Of a DNA stretch of 39,765 nt, positions 16,896 to 28,100 are shown piece after piece. A model generated the notes under the pieces. It worked only from the letters and a program-made list of their open reading frames with translations, made no database searches and was not told the DNA's origin. Each line of letters begins with the position of its first letter. Position 1 is the first letter of the stretch. Source of the DNA: Haloferacaceae archaeon (GTDB lineage Archaea; Halobacteriota; Halobacteria; Halobacteriales; Haloferacaceae); contig JBDGSZ010000039.1 in assembly GCA_042217265.1 (NCBI GenBank), positions 1 through 39,765 of the forward strand, in the 5' to 3' direction. Position numbers and translations under genes: made by a program.

Positions 16896-17639
16896 CTACC
16901 AGTACGCCATCGCCTGAGCCACCCGCTGCCCGCGGTAGTGGCCGGGCGCGGTCGCGACGGTCGCGGACTTGAACTCCCCGTCGACCGTCCGAACCCGGAA
17001 CTCGGTCTCCGGCAGCGGCGTCCCCTCCTCCATGAGCCTCGCAAACCGCTCGCTCGCCGGTTCCCTGTCGTCCGGGTGGAGGAAGTCGGTGAACCGCAAC
17101 CCCAGGAGGTCGTCGTGTGAGGCCGCGTCGAGGAACTTGACCGCGGCGTCGTTCGCGTAGATCGCCTCCCCGTCCCGGTCGAACAGGAGGATCGGTATGG
17201 GCGCCACGAGGTTGTGGTAGCGTTCCTCGGTCCGCGTCGCGGCCGTCTCCGCGCGGTACGCCCGGACGGCGTTCGAGACCCGGTTGGCCAGAAGCGCGTA
17301 CTGTCCGGTGCCCTTCCGCTTCCGGAGGTAGTCGGTCACGCCGGCCGAGATGGCCCGGCTCGCTATCTCCTCGGAGCCGCGTCCGGTGAACAGGACGAAC
17401 GGGAGGTCCGGGTAGTCGTCCCGGACGAGTCCGAGGAACTCGATCCCGTCCTTCCCGGGCATGTCGTAGTCCGAGACGATGCAGTCCACGTCGGCCACGG
17501 CGAGCCGGGACAGCCCTGCGTCGACGCTCGTCGCGGTCGTCACCTCGAACCGGTCGTCCTCGCGTTCGAGGAGGGCACCGGCCGTCTCCGCGAAGCCCGG
17601 ATCGTCGTCGACGTGGAGGACACGGATCCGATCGCCCAT
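16896..17639 (-). CDS. Response-regulator receiver (REC) domain protein with a C-terminal PAS domain
   Basis: REC motifs: RVLHVDDD, DCIVSDYDMPGKDG, FVLFTGRG, DYLRK. These are followed by a PAS-like segment (ERYHNLVAPIPILLFDRDGEAIYANDAAVKFL...). Start is ATG 17639 or GTG 17645. Confidence 0.8.
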   Translation of the reverse strand: MGDRIRVLHVDDDPGFAETAGALLEREDDRFEVTTATSVDAGLSRLAVADVDCIVSDYDMPGKDGIEFLGLVRDDYPDLPFVLFTGRGSEEIASRAISAGVTDYLRKRKGTGQYALLANRVSNAVRAYRAETAATRTEERYHNLVAPIPILLFDRDGEAIYANDAAVKFLDAASHDDLLGLRFTDFLHPDDREPASERFARLMEEGTPLPETEFRVRTVDGEFKSATVATAPGHYRGQRVAQAMAYW

Positions 17640-17759
17640 GTACACGGTTTCCCCGCGCGGGGCAAGTCAACTGTGGTGATCGTTACCGCGCTACGCCGCG
17701 GGCGGACCCGGTCCGTTCACCGACGCTCCGTCGCGCCGCTCCCCGCCGTCCCGACCGGG

Positions 17760-20405
17760 TCACTCCCCGTCCAACCGCCGCTGCCACTCCCGGACCTTCG
17801 CCATCAGCTCGACGGGCGGCGTCTCGTCGACCGCCGTCCCGCGCAACTCCGACAGGACGTCCGCGGCCGCCGGGGCGTCGGCGTCGCGCTCCGGCCCGCC
17901 GGTCCGGTCGGAGCGGTCCCCGTCACCCGGGCCGCCGTCGGCGCTTCTCGCGCCGCGGAACTCCCCGCTCCCGAGGTCGAAGACGGCCTGGACCGGGCCG
18001 TCGTTCCCGCCCCGCGCCTCGACGGCCTTCTCCGCGCGCAGGCGGTCGAGCACCTCGTCGGCCCGGTCGACGACCGGGCCGGGGACGCCGGCGAGGTCCG
18101 CGACGTGGATGCCGTACGACCGGTCGGTCGGCCCCGGTTCGACCGTCCGCAGGAAGGTGACCTCGCCGTCGCGCTCCTCGGCGGCGACGTGGACGTTCTC
18201 GACCCGGGGCAGGCGGTCGGCCAGCGTCGTCAGTTCGTGGTAGTGGGTGGCAAAGAGGGTCTTTGCGCGCACCTCGTTGTGGAGGTACTCCGTCGCCGCC
18301 CACGCGATGGAGATGCCGTCGTACGTCGCCGTGCCGCGTCCGACCTCGTCGAGGACGACCAGCGACTCGTCGGTCGCGGAGTGAAGGATGTTCGACAGCT
18401 CCTGCATCTCGACCATGAACGTCGAGCGTCCGCCGGCGAGCTCGTCCAGCGCGCCGACGCGGGTGTAGATGCCGTCGACCACGCCCACGGTCGCGGCGTC
18501 GGCCGGGACGAACGACCCCGCCTGCGCCAGGAGGGTTATCAGCGCCGCCTGCCGGAGGTACGTCGACTTCCCGCTCATGTTCGGCCCCGTGACCAGCAGG
18601 AACGACCGCTCGCGGTCGAGGTGGAGGTCGTTCGGCACGAAGTCCGTCGTCCCCTCGACGACCGGGTGCCGGCCCGCCTCGACCGAGAGCGCCCCCGGTT
18701 CCGTGACCGTCGGCCGCGTCCAGTCGTTGTTCACCGCGTGTTCCGCGAGGGCGGCCAGCGCGTCGACCGTCGCGAGCGCCCGGCCGACGTCCTGGAGGAG
18801 TTCCGCCCGCGCCGCCACGTCGTCGCGGAGTTCGACGAACAGGTCGTGTTCCAGGTCGCCGCGGGCCTCCTCCAGGCGCAGTATCTCCCGCTCGCGCTCC
18901 GCGAGTTCGTCGGTGACGTACCGCCGGGAGTTCTTCAGCGTCTTGATCTCGCGGTAGTCGTCCGGGACCTCGTCCGTCTCGCTCTTCCCGACCTGGATGT
19001 AGTAGCCGTCGGTCCTGTTCCGGCCGACGCTCAGGTGGGTGATGCCCGTCCGCGCCTTCTCGCGCTCCGGGAGCTCCTCGACCCACGACAGCGCCGTCTC
19101 GTGGCGCCCGATCAGGTCGTCGAGGTCGTCGTCGTAGCCCTCGCGGAACAGCCCGCCCTCGGTCACCGTCGAGGGTGGGTCCTCGACCAGCGCCCGGTCG
19201 AGCCGCTCGCGCAGGTCCGCCGCGGCCCCGCGGTCCGGCCCGTCGAGCACCCCGGGAAGCGGCGAGTCGGCGAGCCGACTCCCCTCGACGACGTCGGCGA
19301 GGTCGGGGAGCGCCCCGAGGGCGTCCCGGACGGCGAGCAGGTCCGTCGCGTCGGCGCTCCCGCTCGCGGCGCGGCTCGCCAGGCGCTCGACGTCGTTGAC
19401 GCCGTCGAGCGAGTCGCGGACCCGCTCGCGGGCCAGGGCGGCCGACGCCAGCGCCGCCACGCAGTCCAGCCGCCGCTCGATGCGCTCCCGGTCGCGCCGC
19501 GGACGGGTGAGCCACTCCCTGAGGCGGCGGCGACCCTGGCTGGTGACCGTGTGGTCGACGGTCGCGAGCAGCGACCCCTCCCGGTCGCCCCGCATCGTCT
19601 CGACGAGTTCGAGGTTGCGCTGGGTGGTGGCGTCGAGGTCCACGTGGTCGCTCGGCTCGTAGGCCTGCAGGCGGGTCATCGACGCCGTCACGCCCGCGCC
19701 CGTCGACTCGACGTACGCGAGCACCGCCCCCGCCGCGGCCGTCCCGGCGTCGTCGAGCCCGACGCTCCCGACGGCCCCCGGCCCGAACTGCTCGCGGAGC
19801 GCGTGCCCGGCCCGCCCCGGGGCGAACGCCTCGGCGTCGTGAAGGGTCAGCGACGCCTCCGTGACCTCCCGCACCCGGTCGAGGAAGGCGTCGTCGCCCC
19901 GGAGGTCCGGACCAGGCAGGACCTCGGCCGGGGCGAACCGCGCGAGTTCCGCGCCCGCCGCCGTCGCGTCGTCGACGGTCGTGACGAGGAACCGGCCGGT
20001 CGTCACGTCGGCGAACGCGAGGCCGTACGCCCCCTCGCGGCGGACGACCGCCGCGAGGTAGCGCGCCGACGCGTCGGCCGTCTCCAGGAGCGTCCCCGGC
20101 GTGGCGACCCGCGTCACCGACCGGGCGTGTCCGTCCGTGGTCTCGTGCTGGTCGGCCACCGCGACCCGGTGGCCCCGCTCGACCAGCGCCTTCAGGTACG
20201 GCGTCAGGTCGTCGACGGGGACCCCCGCCATGGGGTACGTCTCCCCGCCCGAGGACTTGCGGGACACCTTCAGGTCGAGTTCGTCGCCGACGAGTTCGGC
20301 GTCGGGACCGAAGAACTCGTAGAAGTCCCCGACCTGCATCGCCAGCACGTCGGCGTCGGCCTCCGACTTCAGGGCGAAGAACTCCCCGACGATTCCCTCC
20401 GGCAT
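17760..20405 (-). CDS. mutS: DNA mismatch repair protein MutS
   Basis: Mismatch-binding GDFYEFF motif near the N-terminus. Walker A GPNMSGKSTYLRQ, DEVGRGTATYDG, FATHYHELT. Start ATG 20405 (MPEGIVGEFF) has GTTTTAC about 27-29 nt upstream. The 280 extra N-terminal codons of the track ORF are Arg/Gly junk overlapping thiDN. Confidence 0.95.
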   Translation of the reverse strand: MPEGIVGEFFALKSEADADVLAMQVGDFYEFFGPDAELVGDELDLKVSRKSSGGETYPMAGVPVDDLTPYLKALVERGHRVAVADQHETTDGHARSVTRVATPGTLLETADASARYLAAVVRREGAYGLAFADVTTGRFLVTTVDDATAAGAELARFAPAEVLPGPDLRGDDAFLDRVREVTEASLTLHDAEAFAPGRAGHALREQFGPGAVGSVGLDDAGTAAAGAVLAYVESTGAGVTASMTRLQAYEPSDHVDLDATTQRNLELVETMRGDREGSLLATVDHTVTSQGRRRLREWLTRPRRDRERIERRLDCVAALASAALARERVRDSLDGVNDVERLASRAASGSADATDLLAVRDALGALPDLADVVEGSRLADSPLPGVLDGPDRGAAADLRERLDRALVEDPPSTVTEGGLFREGYDDDLDDLIGRHETALSWVEELPEREKARTGITHLSVGRNRTDGYYIQVGKSETDEVPDDYREIKTLKNSRRYVTDELAEREREILRLEEARGDLEHDLFVELRDDVAARAELLQDVGRALATVDALAALAEHAVNNDWTRPTVTEPGALSVEAGRHPVVEGTTDFVPNDLHLDRERSFLLVTGPNMSGKSTYLRQAALITLLAQAGSFVPADAATVGVVDGIYTRVGALDELAGGRSTFMVEMQELSNILHSATDESLVVLDEVGRGTATYDGISIAWAATEYLHNEVRAKTLFATHYHELTTLADRLPRVENVHVAAEERDGEVTFLRTVEPGPTDRSYGIHVADLAGVPGPVVDRADEVLDRLRAEKAVEARGGNDGPVQAVFDLGSGEFRGARSADGGPGDGDRSDRTGGPERDADAPAAADVLSELRGTAVDETPPVELMAKVREWQRRLDGE

Positions 20406-20539
20406 CACCCACACGTCGGCGGGTCGGGACGTAAAACGCTGTGGTCGCGGGCACGCCGACCGCGAAGGCCCCCACCCGCGCGGCCGGTGCCCGCGACAGG
20501 GGAGAGTGTACAACGGGACTTCCGTCTTGTGTCTGGCCG

Positions 20540-21901
20540 CTACAGCGCGTCGAGCAGCGCGAACGCCCGCCGGCGCAGGGTCTCCGCGTCGGGCGCGAGC
20601 AGGCGGACCATCGGCTCCTTGCCGACGTCCCCGCGGTCGTAGACGGCGGCCGGCGTCCCGCCGGCGGCGTCGAAGGCGACCCCGGCGCTCCAGTCCATCG
20701 TCCCCGCGGCGTCGGTCGGTTCGTCGGCGCGATCGAACGCCACCGCCGGCCCGCCGAGGTCGGCGGCGGCGAGCGCCGCCTCGACGTCCTCGTCGAACCT
20801 GACGTTCGTCGCGAACCGCAGGGCGGGGTCGCGCTCGCGGGCCGCGAGCAGGAACCGGGCGACGTGGCTCGACGCGCCCATCCGCACCCCGCGGGTCGCG
20901 GCCGCGCCGTCGACGGTCTGGGCGATCCGCCCCTCGACGGCCGCCACCTCGCCGACCCCCTCGGCGTACGGCGTCGCGCCCACGACGTTCGTCCCCACAT
21001 CCGGGACCAGCGGTGAGACGTCGCGGCCGAGGAACGCCGCCACCAGGCCCTCGACGGCCTCCAGCGCCGCCGGCCGCGCCGCCTCCTCGCGCAGGGCGAC
21101 GTGGTGGTGGACCGCCCCCAGCCCCTCGCCGACGTCCAGGCCGTACCGCACCGCCCGCTCCATGAACGCCGTCCCGGCCTCGACGGCGTCGCGGAGCGAC
21201 TCGCCGCTCGCCAGGCGCGCGGCGACCGCGCTCGACAGCGCACACCCCGACCCGTGGGTCGCGTCCGTGTCGACCCGCGGGTGCTCGAACCGCTCGACCC
21301 CCTCGGCCGTGACGAGGACGTCGGTCACCGTCCCGCCGCCGAGGTGGCCGCCCTTGACCAGCGCCGCTCCGGCGCCCGCGTCGACGAGGTCCGCGCCCGC
21401 CGCCTCGGCGTCCGCGGTCGTCGACAGCGTTCGCCCGGTCAGCACCTCCGCTTCGTCGGCGTTCGGCGTGACGAGCGTCGCCTCGCCGATCAGGTCGTCG
21501 TACGCCGACTCGGCGGCCTCGGTCAGCAGGCGGTCGCCCGAGGCGGCGACCATCACCGGGTCGACCACCACCGGCCCGCCGTAGCCGCCGAGCAGGTCCG
21601 TCACCGCCTCGATGACCTCCCGGGTGGCGAGCATCCCCGTCTTGACCGCCCCGAGGTCGAAGTCGTCCGCGACCGCGCGGTACTGGGCCCGCACCTCCTC
21701 GACGGGCAGGACGTGGGTGCCCTCGACGCCCCGCGTGTTCTGTGCCGTCACGGCCGTGACGACCGAGGTGCCGAAGACGCCGTGGGCCTCCATCGTCTTC
21801 AGGTCCGCCTGGATCCCCGCGCCGCCGCCCGAGTCGCTCCCCGCGACGGCGAGCGCGACGGGCGGCGAGACCGGGGCGCGTCGCCGCAGGTCGTCCGTCA
21901 T
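20540..21901 (-). CDS. thiDN: Bifunctional hydroxymethylpyrimidine/phosphomethylpyrimidine kinase fused to a ThiN-type thiamine-phosphate synthase (archaeal ThiDN)
   Basis: The ThiD N-terminal half has [31 protein letters not shown] and GSGC. A ~190-aa C-terminal extension ([10 protein letters not shown]...[13 protein letters not shown]) fits the archaeal ThiN domain fusion. Confidence 0.85.
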   Translation of the reverse strand: MTDDLRRRAPVSPPVALAVAGSDSGGGAGIQADLKTMEAHGVFGTSVVTAVTAQNTRGVEGTHVLPVEEVRAQYRAVADDFDLGAVKTGMLATREVIEAVTDLLGGYGGPVVVDPVMVAASGDRLLTEAAESAYDDLIGEATLVTPNADEAEVLTGRTLSTTADAEAAGADLVDAGAGAALVKGGHLGGGTVTDVLVTAEGVERFEHPRVDTDATHGSGCALSSAVAARLASGESLRDAVEAGTAFMERAVRYGLDVGEGLGAVHHHVALREEAARPAALEAVEGLVAAFLGRDVSPLVPDVGTNVVGATPYAEGVGEVAAVEGRIAQTVDGAAATRGVRMGASSHVARFLLAARERDPALRFATNVRFDEDVEAALAAADLGGPAVAFDRADEPTDAAGTMDWSAGVAFDAAGGTPAAVYDRGDVGKEPMVRLLAPDAETLRRRAFALLDAL

Positions 21902-22102
21902 GCGGGATGCTATAACCGAGTTGTACTTATCGGTGATGGTCGGCGGCGCCCGGCCGGTCGGGTCCCGGTGTCGACCCGTGTGCCGCCGCCCGCCGACGCG
22001 CCGAGCGCGACCGTCCGGCCGCGGACCCGGACCACGCGACCGCCCCCCGCGCGGTCGCGGGGAGCCCGGTCGGGTCGTGCGAACGGACGCCGAGCACGTC
22101 CG

Positions 22103-24280
22103 TCAGGGTTCCGCTCCGGCGCTCCGGCTCCCGCTCGCGGCGGCGTCGCCGAGCTCCCGTCCGATCCAGTCGGCCGTCAACTCCACCATCGAGACGTCGG
22201 TTCCGTCGACCGCGTCCGGCCTCGGCTCGGGGTCGGTGAAACAGAGGGTCCCCCAGAGGTCGTCGTCGACGTACACCGGGGCGCCGGCGTAGCAGGCGAT
22301 CCCGTACTCCCGGTAGCCGACGTCGTCCCCGTACCCGGCCGCCTCCGCGTCGTCGACGATCACCGGTTCGTCGCGGTCGACCACGTGCCGGCAGTACGTC
22401 GTCGAGAGGTCGACGGTCGGCCCGACCGGCGGATCGCCGTCACCGGCGACGGCCACCCGCACCTCGTGGGTGTCCGTGTCCGGGTCGACCCGGGCCAGGT
22501 AGCCGTTCGCGAGTCCGAGGCGCTCCCGGAGCCGGTCGAGCAACCGCTCGACCCGGGCCGCGAACGACCCCTCGTCGGTCGCGATGAGGTGGAGGTCCCG
22601 CAGGAGCTCCTCGGTCCGCTCGCGCTCGGTGACCTCTTGGACCATCGAGAGCACGCCCGTCACCTCCCCGTCCTCGACGACCGCGCGGTCGTGCCACTCG
22701 CAGACGATCCGCTCGCCGTCCGCGGTCACGTTCTCGGTCACCGTCCGGTCGGTCTCCCCGACGTCCGGCAGGTGTCCGGCCCCCTCCGCGTCGGGGAAGA
22801 CGAACGAGGCCTCCCGACCGAGGGCCGCCTCCTCCTCGTACCCGAACACCGCGGTCGCGGCCTCGTTCCACCGCGCGACCTCGAGCGAGGGCGTCCACTC
22901 GATGGTCGCCATCGGCGACTGGTCGAGCAGCCGCCGCAGGCGCTCGTTGGCCCGCCGGACCTCCCGGTTCGCCATCGCCTGCCGGACCAGGTCGGCCGCC
23001 TCGCCGGCGAACCTGACCTCGTCGTCGGTCCACTCCCGCGTCCTGGACTGCTCGGCCGCGAGCAGTCCTACCATCTCCCCGCCCGAGCGGACGACGGCGT
23101 CCAAGACCGCGTCGATCCCCTGGGGTTCGAAGAACGGCTCGATGAACGATTCCATCCGCGGTTCCTCGTGGACGTCGGGGACGACGACCGTCCGCTCATT
23201 CCGGATCGCGTCCCAGTACTCCCCGTGGTCCTCCCAGTGGAGCGCCTCGTCGGGGTACCGGACCCCCTCGTCGACGACGTGCTCCGTCACGGCGGTGAGC
23301 GTCTCCCCCTCGTCGTCGAACAGCCAGACGCTCGCCAGGTCGACGTCGAGCACGTCCACGACCGTCTCGGTGATGCGCTCGGTCGCCCTCCGGAACTCGC
23401 CGCCGGTGACCGCCGGGTCGCCCGCGAGCTCGACCAGCGCCTCGTGTTGCCGCCGCCGCCGTCGTCTGCGCCGGTACTCCTCGGTCACGTCCCGGAACAC
23501 GACGACGACGCCGCGGGTCTCCCCCTCGGCCGCTATCGGCGCGGCGCTGTCGCCGACGTACAGCGTCCCGCCGTCGCGGCGCCGGAGGACCGTCCCGTCG
23601 GGCACCTCGACGGTCCCGTCGCGTTCGAGCGCCCGCGCCACCGGCGCCACCCGCTCCCCGTCCGCCCCGCGGGCGTCGAACACCGTCGAGAAGTCCCGCC
23701 CGGCCGCCGCCGACGCGCTCCAGCCCGTCATCCGCTCGGCCGCGTCGTTCATCCGGGTGACCCGTCCCTCGTCGTCCGTCGTGATGACCCCGTCGCCGAT
23801 GGACTCGAGCGTGGTCCGGAGGTCCGCCTCGCGCCGCTCGAGCGCCGCCCGCGTCCGGCGGTGCTCGACCGCCTGGGTGACCGCCTCCGCGAGCACCCCG
23901 TACTGCGCCGCCGGGTCGCCGCCCTTCTGCAGATATCGGTCGGCGCCCAGGTTCAGCGCGCGCATCGCCACCTCCTCCCGACCCTGGCCAGTGAACATGA
24001 CGAAGGGGATCGACGATCCGCGCTCCTCGCGGAGCCGTTCGAGGAACGCCAGGCCGTCCCGGCCCGGCATCCGGTAGTCCGAGACCACCGCGTCGTAGCC
24101 GCCGTCGTCGAGCTCGGAAAGGGCCGCCTCCGCGTCGGTGACCGACTCGACCGCGAACCGGTCGTACTCCGTCTCCAGGTAGTCGCGGGTCAGGTCGAGC
24201 AACGCCCCGTCGTCGTCGACGTGGAGGACGTCGATCGGCCGGTCGTCCCGCGTCCCCGATCCCTTCCCCCCTGTGCGCAT
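22103..24280 (-). CDS. Multidomain signalling protein: REC - PAS - GAF - PAS - GAF, with no kinase or DNA-binding domain seen
   Basis: REC motifs: [39 protein letters not shown] segments: [29 protein letters not shown] and [11 protein letters not shown]...[13 protein letters not shown]. Two GAF-like blocks end in LAAEQ... and [16 protein letters not shown]. Start re-set to ATG 24280 (MRTGGKG). Confidence 0.8.
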   Translation of the reverse strand: MRTGGKGSGTRDDRPIDVLHVDDDGALLDLTRDYLETEYDRFAVESVTDAEAALSELDDGGYDAVVSDYRMPGRDGLAFLERLREERGSSIPFVMFTGQGREEVAMRALNLGADRYLQKGGDPAAQYGVLAEAVTQAVEHRRTRAALERREADLRTTLESIGDGVITTDDEGRVTRMNDAAERMTGWSASAAAGRDFSTVFDARGADGERVAPVARALERDGTVEVPDGTVLRRRDGGTLYVGDSAAPIAAEGETRGVVVVFRDVTEEYRRRRRRRRQHEALVELAGDPAVTGGEFRRATERITETVVDVLDVDLASVWLFDDEGETLTAVTEHVVDEGVRYPDEALHWEDHGEYWDAIRNERTVVVPDVHEEPRMESFIEPFFEPQGIDAVLDAVVRSGGEMVGLLAAEQSRTREWTDDEVRFAGEAADLVRQAMANREVRRANERLRRLLDQSPMATIEWTPSLEVARWNEAATAVFGYEEEAALGREASFVFPDAEGAGHLPDVGETDRTVTENVTADGERIVCEWHDRAVVEDGEVTGVLSMVQEVTERERTEELLRDLHLIATDEGSFAARVERLLDRLRERLGLANGYLARVDPDTDTHEVRVAVAGDGDPPVGPTVDLSTTYCRHVVDRDEPVIVDDAEAAGYGDDVGYREYGIACYAGAPVYVDDDLWGTLCFTDPEPRPDAVDGTDVSMVELTADWIGRELGDAAASGSRSAGAEP

Positions 24281-24425
24281 AAGATGAACTACAGTCGACC
24301 GCCAGTAAATCCTTGTGCCGCGTCGTCCCCGGAGGATCCCCCCGTCCGCGACGGCCGCCGGAGCCGTCGCCGCGGGCCGCACGCGAGTCGCGGCCCTTTA
24401 GCCCGCGCGTCGCCTACAGATCGCC

Positions 24426-25061
24426 GTGAGCGAGACACGACCCGACCGGCGGATCACGATCTACTCCGACTACGTCTGCCCGTTCTGTTACCTCGGGCGG
24501 CAGTCCCTCTCGCGGTACCAGGCCGACCGCGACGAGGAACTGACCGTCGACTGGCACCCGTTCGACCTGCGTGCCGGCAAGCGGGGACCCGACGGGGGGA
24601 TCGACCACGACGCCGACGACGGGAAGGACGACGCCTACTACGAGCAGGCCCGGCAGAACGTCCGGCGCCTGAGCGAGAAGTACGACGTCGAGATGGCCCA
24701 GGAGATCGCCAGGGATGTCGACTCCCTGCCCGCGCAGGTCGCCTCCCACTACGTCAAGGAGACGGCCCCCTACGAGCGGTGGCTGGAGTTCGACGTGGCG
24801 CTGTTCGAGGCGCTCTGGGAGGACGGGCGCGACATCGGGGACCTCGACGTCCTCGCCGACGTCGCCGCCGACGCCGGTCTCGACCCCGACGAGGTGCGGG
24901 ACGCGGCGACCGACCCGGAGCGTCGCGAGGCCGTCGAGGCCCTGTTCGACGAGGCGCGGCGCGAGGGGATCACCGGCGTCCCGACGTTCGCGTACGACGG
25001 GTACGCCGCCCGCGGCGCCGTGCCGCCCGAACAGCTGGAGCGGCTCGTCGAGGGAACCTGA
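24426..25061 (+). CDS. DsbA-family (FrnE-like) thiol:disulfide oxidoreductase
   Basis: ITIYSDYVCPFCYLG (CPFC active site) and C-terminal GITGVPTF. GTG start, with CCTTTAGC about 27 nt upstream. No signal peptide is visible. Confidence 0.75.
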   Translation: MSETRPDRRITIYSDYVCPFCYLGRQSLSRYQADRDEELTVDWHPFDLRAGKRGPDGGIDHDADDGKDDAYYEQARQNVRRLSEKYDVEMAQEIARDVDSLPAQVASHYVKETAPYERWLEFDVALFEALWEDGRDIGDLDVLADVAADAGLDPDEVRDAATDPERREAVEALFDEARREGITGVPTFAYDGYAARGAVPPEQLERLVEGT

Positions 25062-25127
25062 CGGCCCGCCGCGACCGGTCGCCGGCGGCCGCCGTCCGGC
25101 ACTCACCCGCGGCGCCCCGCGCGGGCG

Positions 25128-28100
25128 TCACTCGATGGCGGCGGCGAGTTTCTCGACGGGGTGTGGGGGCTGGTCGTCGAGTGGGCCGTCGCCGAGTTGG
25201 GTGCGACAGGAGGCGCCGGGGGCGACCACCGTCTCGCCGTCGCTGTCATCGACCTGGTCGAAGAGGATGCGGCCGACGGCCTTGCTCATCGAGAAGTGTT
25301 CGGCCTCGTAGCCGAAGCTGCCGGCCATCCCACAGCACGTCGAGTCCAGCGGGTCCACGCGGTAGCCCGCCCGCCGGAGCACCCCGACCGCGTGGTGGTT
25401 CTTTTTTGTGGCCTTCTGGTGGCAGTGGCCGTGGTAGGTGAGATGTTCGCCGCCCTCCGCGAACGCGATGTTCTCGTCCAGGCGGAACGCGTCGAGGTAC
25501 TCCATCACCCCGTAGGTGTTGGCCGCCACCGCCTCGACGTCGTCGCCGTCAAGCAGGTCGAGGTAGTCCGACTGGAGCATCACCGCGTCGGAGGGTTCGA
25601 CGACCACGACGTCCCGGCCCTCGCGCACCTTCGGTGCCAGCGCGGCGACGTTCTGCTCGGCGTCGGCGCGGGCCTTCTCGACCAGGCCCCTCGAATGGGG
25701 CGGGCGCCCGCTCCCGACCGTGTCCTCGGGGATGCGGACGTGGACGCCCGCGGCCTCGAGGGCCTGCACCGCGGCCTTGCCCGCCGAGGGCTTGTTGTAG
25801 GTGGTGTAGGTGTCGGGGAACAGGAGGGCGGTGCGCTCGGCCTCGCTCTCGGGGACCTGCGGGCCGCCGCGGTTCTCGAACCAGTCGACCAGGGACTCGC
25901 GGTGGAAGTCGGGGAGCGAGCGTTCCTTCGCGATGCCCACCGTCTTCTCCATGAGCCAGCGCGACCCCGGCACTTTCGTCGCGAGGTTCGAGAGGGGCGC
26001 GAAGGTGCTCCCGAGTTCGGACAGCTCGTGGATGTTCGCGAACAGCTTGTCGCGCAGGGAGGCGCCGTGACGCCGCTTGTACTCGTGTTCGACCTCGACT
26101 TTCATCTTCGCCATGTCCACCTCGCTGGGACAGTCGACGGAACAGCCCTTGCAGCCGACACAGAGGTCCATGACCTCGTGCATGAACTCGACGTCGAACT
26201 GCTCCTCCTCGCCCAGGTCGCCGGACATGGCCTGCCGGAGGAGGTTCGCTCGCCCGCGGGTGGACTGGATCTCCTCCTCGGCCGCGCGGTAGGTCGGACA
26301 CATCACCCCGCCGGTGGTCGACTGGGCGCCCCGGCAGCCCCCACAGCCGTGACAGAGCTCCGCCATCCCCTGGAATCCGTTGTCGTTGTCCCAGTTCAGG
26401 GCGGGGTCGAACCCCGCGTCGAACTCGTACTCGTCGTCGAACCGGAGGTTCTCGGTCATGTCGACGTCGCCACAGACGGTGCCGGGGTTGAGGATCCAGT
26501 CGGGGTCGGCGGCGGTCTTCAGGTCGCGGAAGACCTCCCAGATGTGCTCGCCGTAGAGCTTCCGGTTCCACTGGGTGCGGGCGCGGCCGTCGCCGTGCTC
26601 GCCCGAGACGCTCCCGCCGTACTTCACCGCCAGGTCGCTGGCGGCGTCCCCGATGGACTCCATCTGCTCGATGCCCTCGGTGGTCTTGGTGTTGACCAGC
26701 GGCCGGACGTGGATGCACCCCGGCCCGGCGTGGGCGTAGAAGGAGCCGAACGTGTCGTGGTCCTCGAACACCTGCTGGAAGTCCTGGATGTACTCGGGCA
26801 GGTGCTCGGGCGGGACGGCGACGTCCTCGACGAACGCGATGTGCTTGGCGTCGGTGGTCCGCGAGAGCAGGATGGGCGTCGAAGCCTTCCGCATCTGCCA
26901 GAACTCCTTCTGTTCCTCCTTCGAGAAGGCGGTCAGGCCGTCGAACGCGATGTCGCCGACGCGGTCCTCGAGGAGCCCCTCGACCTTCCCGCGGGCCCCC
27001 TCGTCGTCGTCGGCGTAGAACTCGACGAGCAGGAAGGTGTCGGTCCGGTCGGGCAGGACGGAGACGACGTCCTTGAACTCCTCCAGGTCCCGCGCCAGGT
27101 CGAGCAGGACGCCGTCGAGCACCTCGACGGCGGCGGGATCGTGTTCGAGGATGGGCCCGACGTCCTCCATCGCGTCGACCAGCGAGTCGTAGGTCAGCAG
27201 GCCGATGGCCTTCGTGTTCGGCAGCGGTTCGAGCGACAGCGTCGCCTCAGTAACGACCGCGAGGGTGCCCTCGCTCCCGACGACCAGCCGCGCGAGGTTG
27301 ACTGTCTCGCGCTCGTGGTCCGGGTCCTTCGCCTGCCGGGCCTCCTCGACCAGGACGTCGAGGTTGTAGCCCGAGACGTTGCGCTTGATGGAGGGGTAGG
27401 CCTCCGCGACGGCCTCGCTCTCCTCCTCGATGACCCGCAGAGCCTCGGCGTGGAACCGCTCCGCGACGCTCCCCTCGGGGTCGGCCCGCGCCTCGAGCTC
27501 CTCGAGGGTCGTCTCGCCGAGCGTCGTCACCGTGCCGTCGGCGAGGACGACCTCCAGTTCCTCGACGTAGGCGTCGGTCTTGCCGTACTTCAGCGAGTGG
27601 GCGCCGGTGGTGTTGTTGCCGATGGCGCCGCCGATGGCGCTCCGGTTCGCCGTCGAGGGGTCGGGCGCGAACTTCAGGCCGTGTGGCTCGAGCGTCTCGT
27701 TGACCTCCGCGAGGACGGCCCCGCTCTGGACCCGCACCTCGCGATCCTCGGGCCGGACGTCGAGGGTCGCGTCCATGTGCCGGGTGAAATCGAGGACGAC
27801 GGCCTCGTTGACGGTCTGGCCGGCGAGGCTGGTGCCGCCGCCCCGGGGCAGCACCGGTATCTCCCGTTCGGCGCAGTACTCGACGACGGCGGCGACGTCG
27901 CCGGTCGACGTGGGGAAGACCACCCCGTGGGGCGTGACCTCGTAGGCGGAGGCGTCGGTCGCGTACAGCTGCCGGGTGTAGGTGTCGAAGCGCACCTCGC
28001 CCGCGACCAGGTCCTCCAGGTCGCTCATCAGGCCGGGACGCGCGACGTCCTCGCCCACGTAGTCGTAGTTCGCCCGCTCGTCGGCCGCCGGGTCCGGGCC

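Noticed and set aside
21902-22102. Possible thiamine (TPP) riboswitch or leader upstream of thiDN
   Set aside because: An AT-rich TATA-like element (GATAAGTACA on the minus strand) lies only about 27-29 nt from the ATG, implying a leaderless mRNA with no room for an aptamer. I saw no CUGAGA / ACCUGA-type conserved TPP-aptamer segments on the minus strand.
21101-25441. The longest ORF in the track (1446 aa, plus strand), plus similar giants at 17214-20642 (+), 17923-21243 (-), 25161-28148 (+), 5010-6827 (-), 5654-7267 (+), 29137-31254 (-) and 34807-36537 (+)
   Set aside because: All are Arg/Gly/Pro/Ala/Val-rich with no recognisable motifs. They run antisense to, or out of frame with, genes that have strong family signatures. 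In DNA this GC-rich, stop codons are rare in every frame, so these are shadow ORFs.
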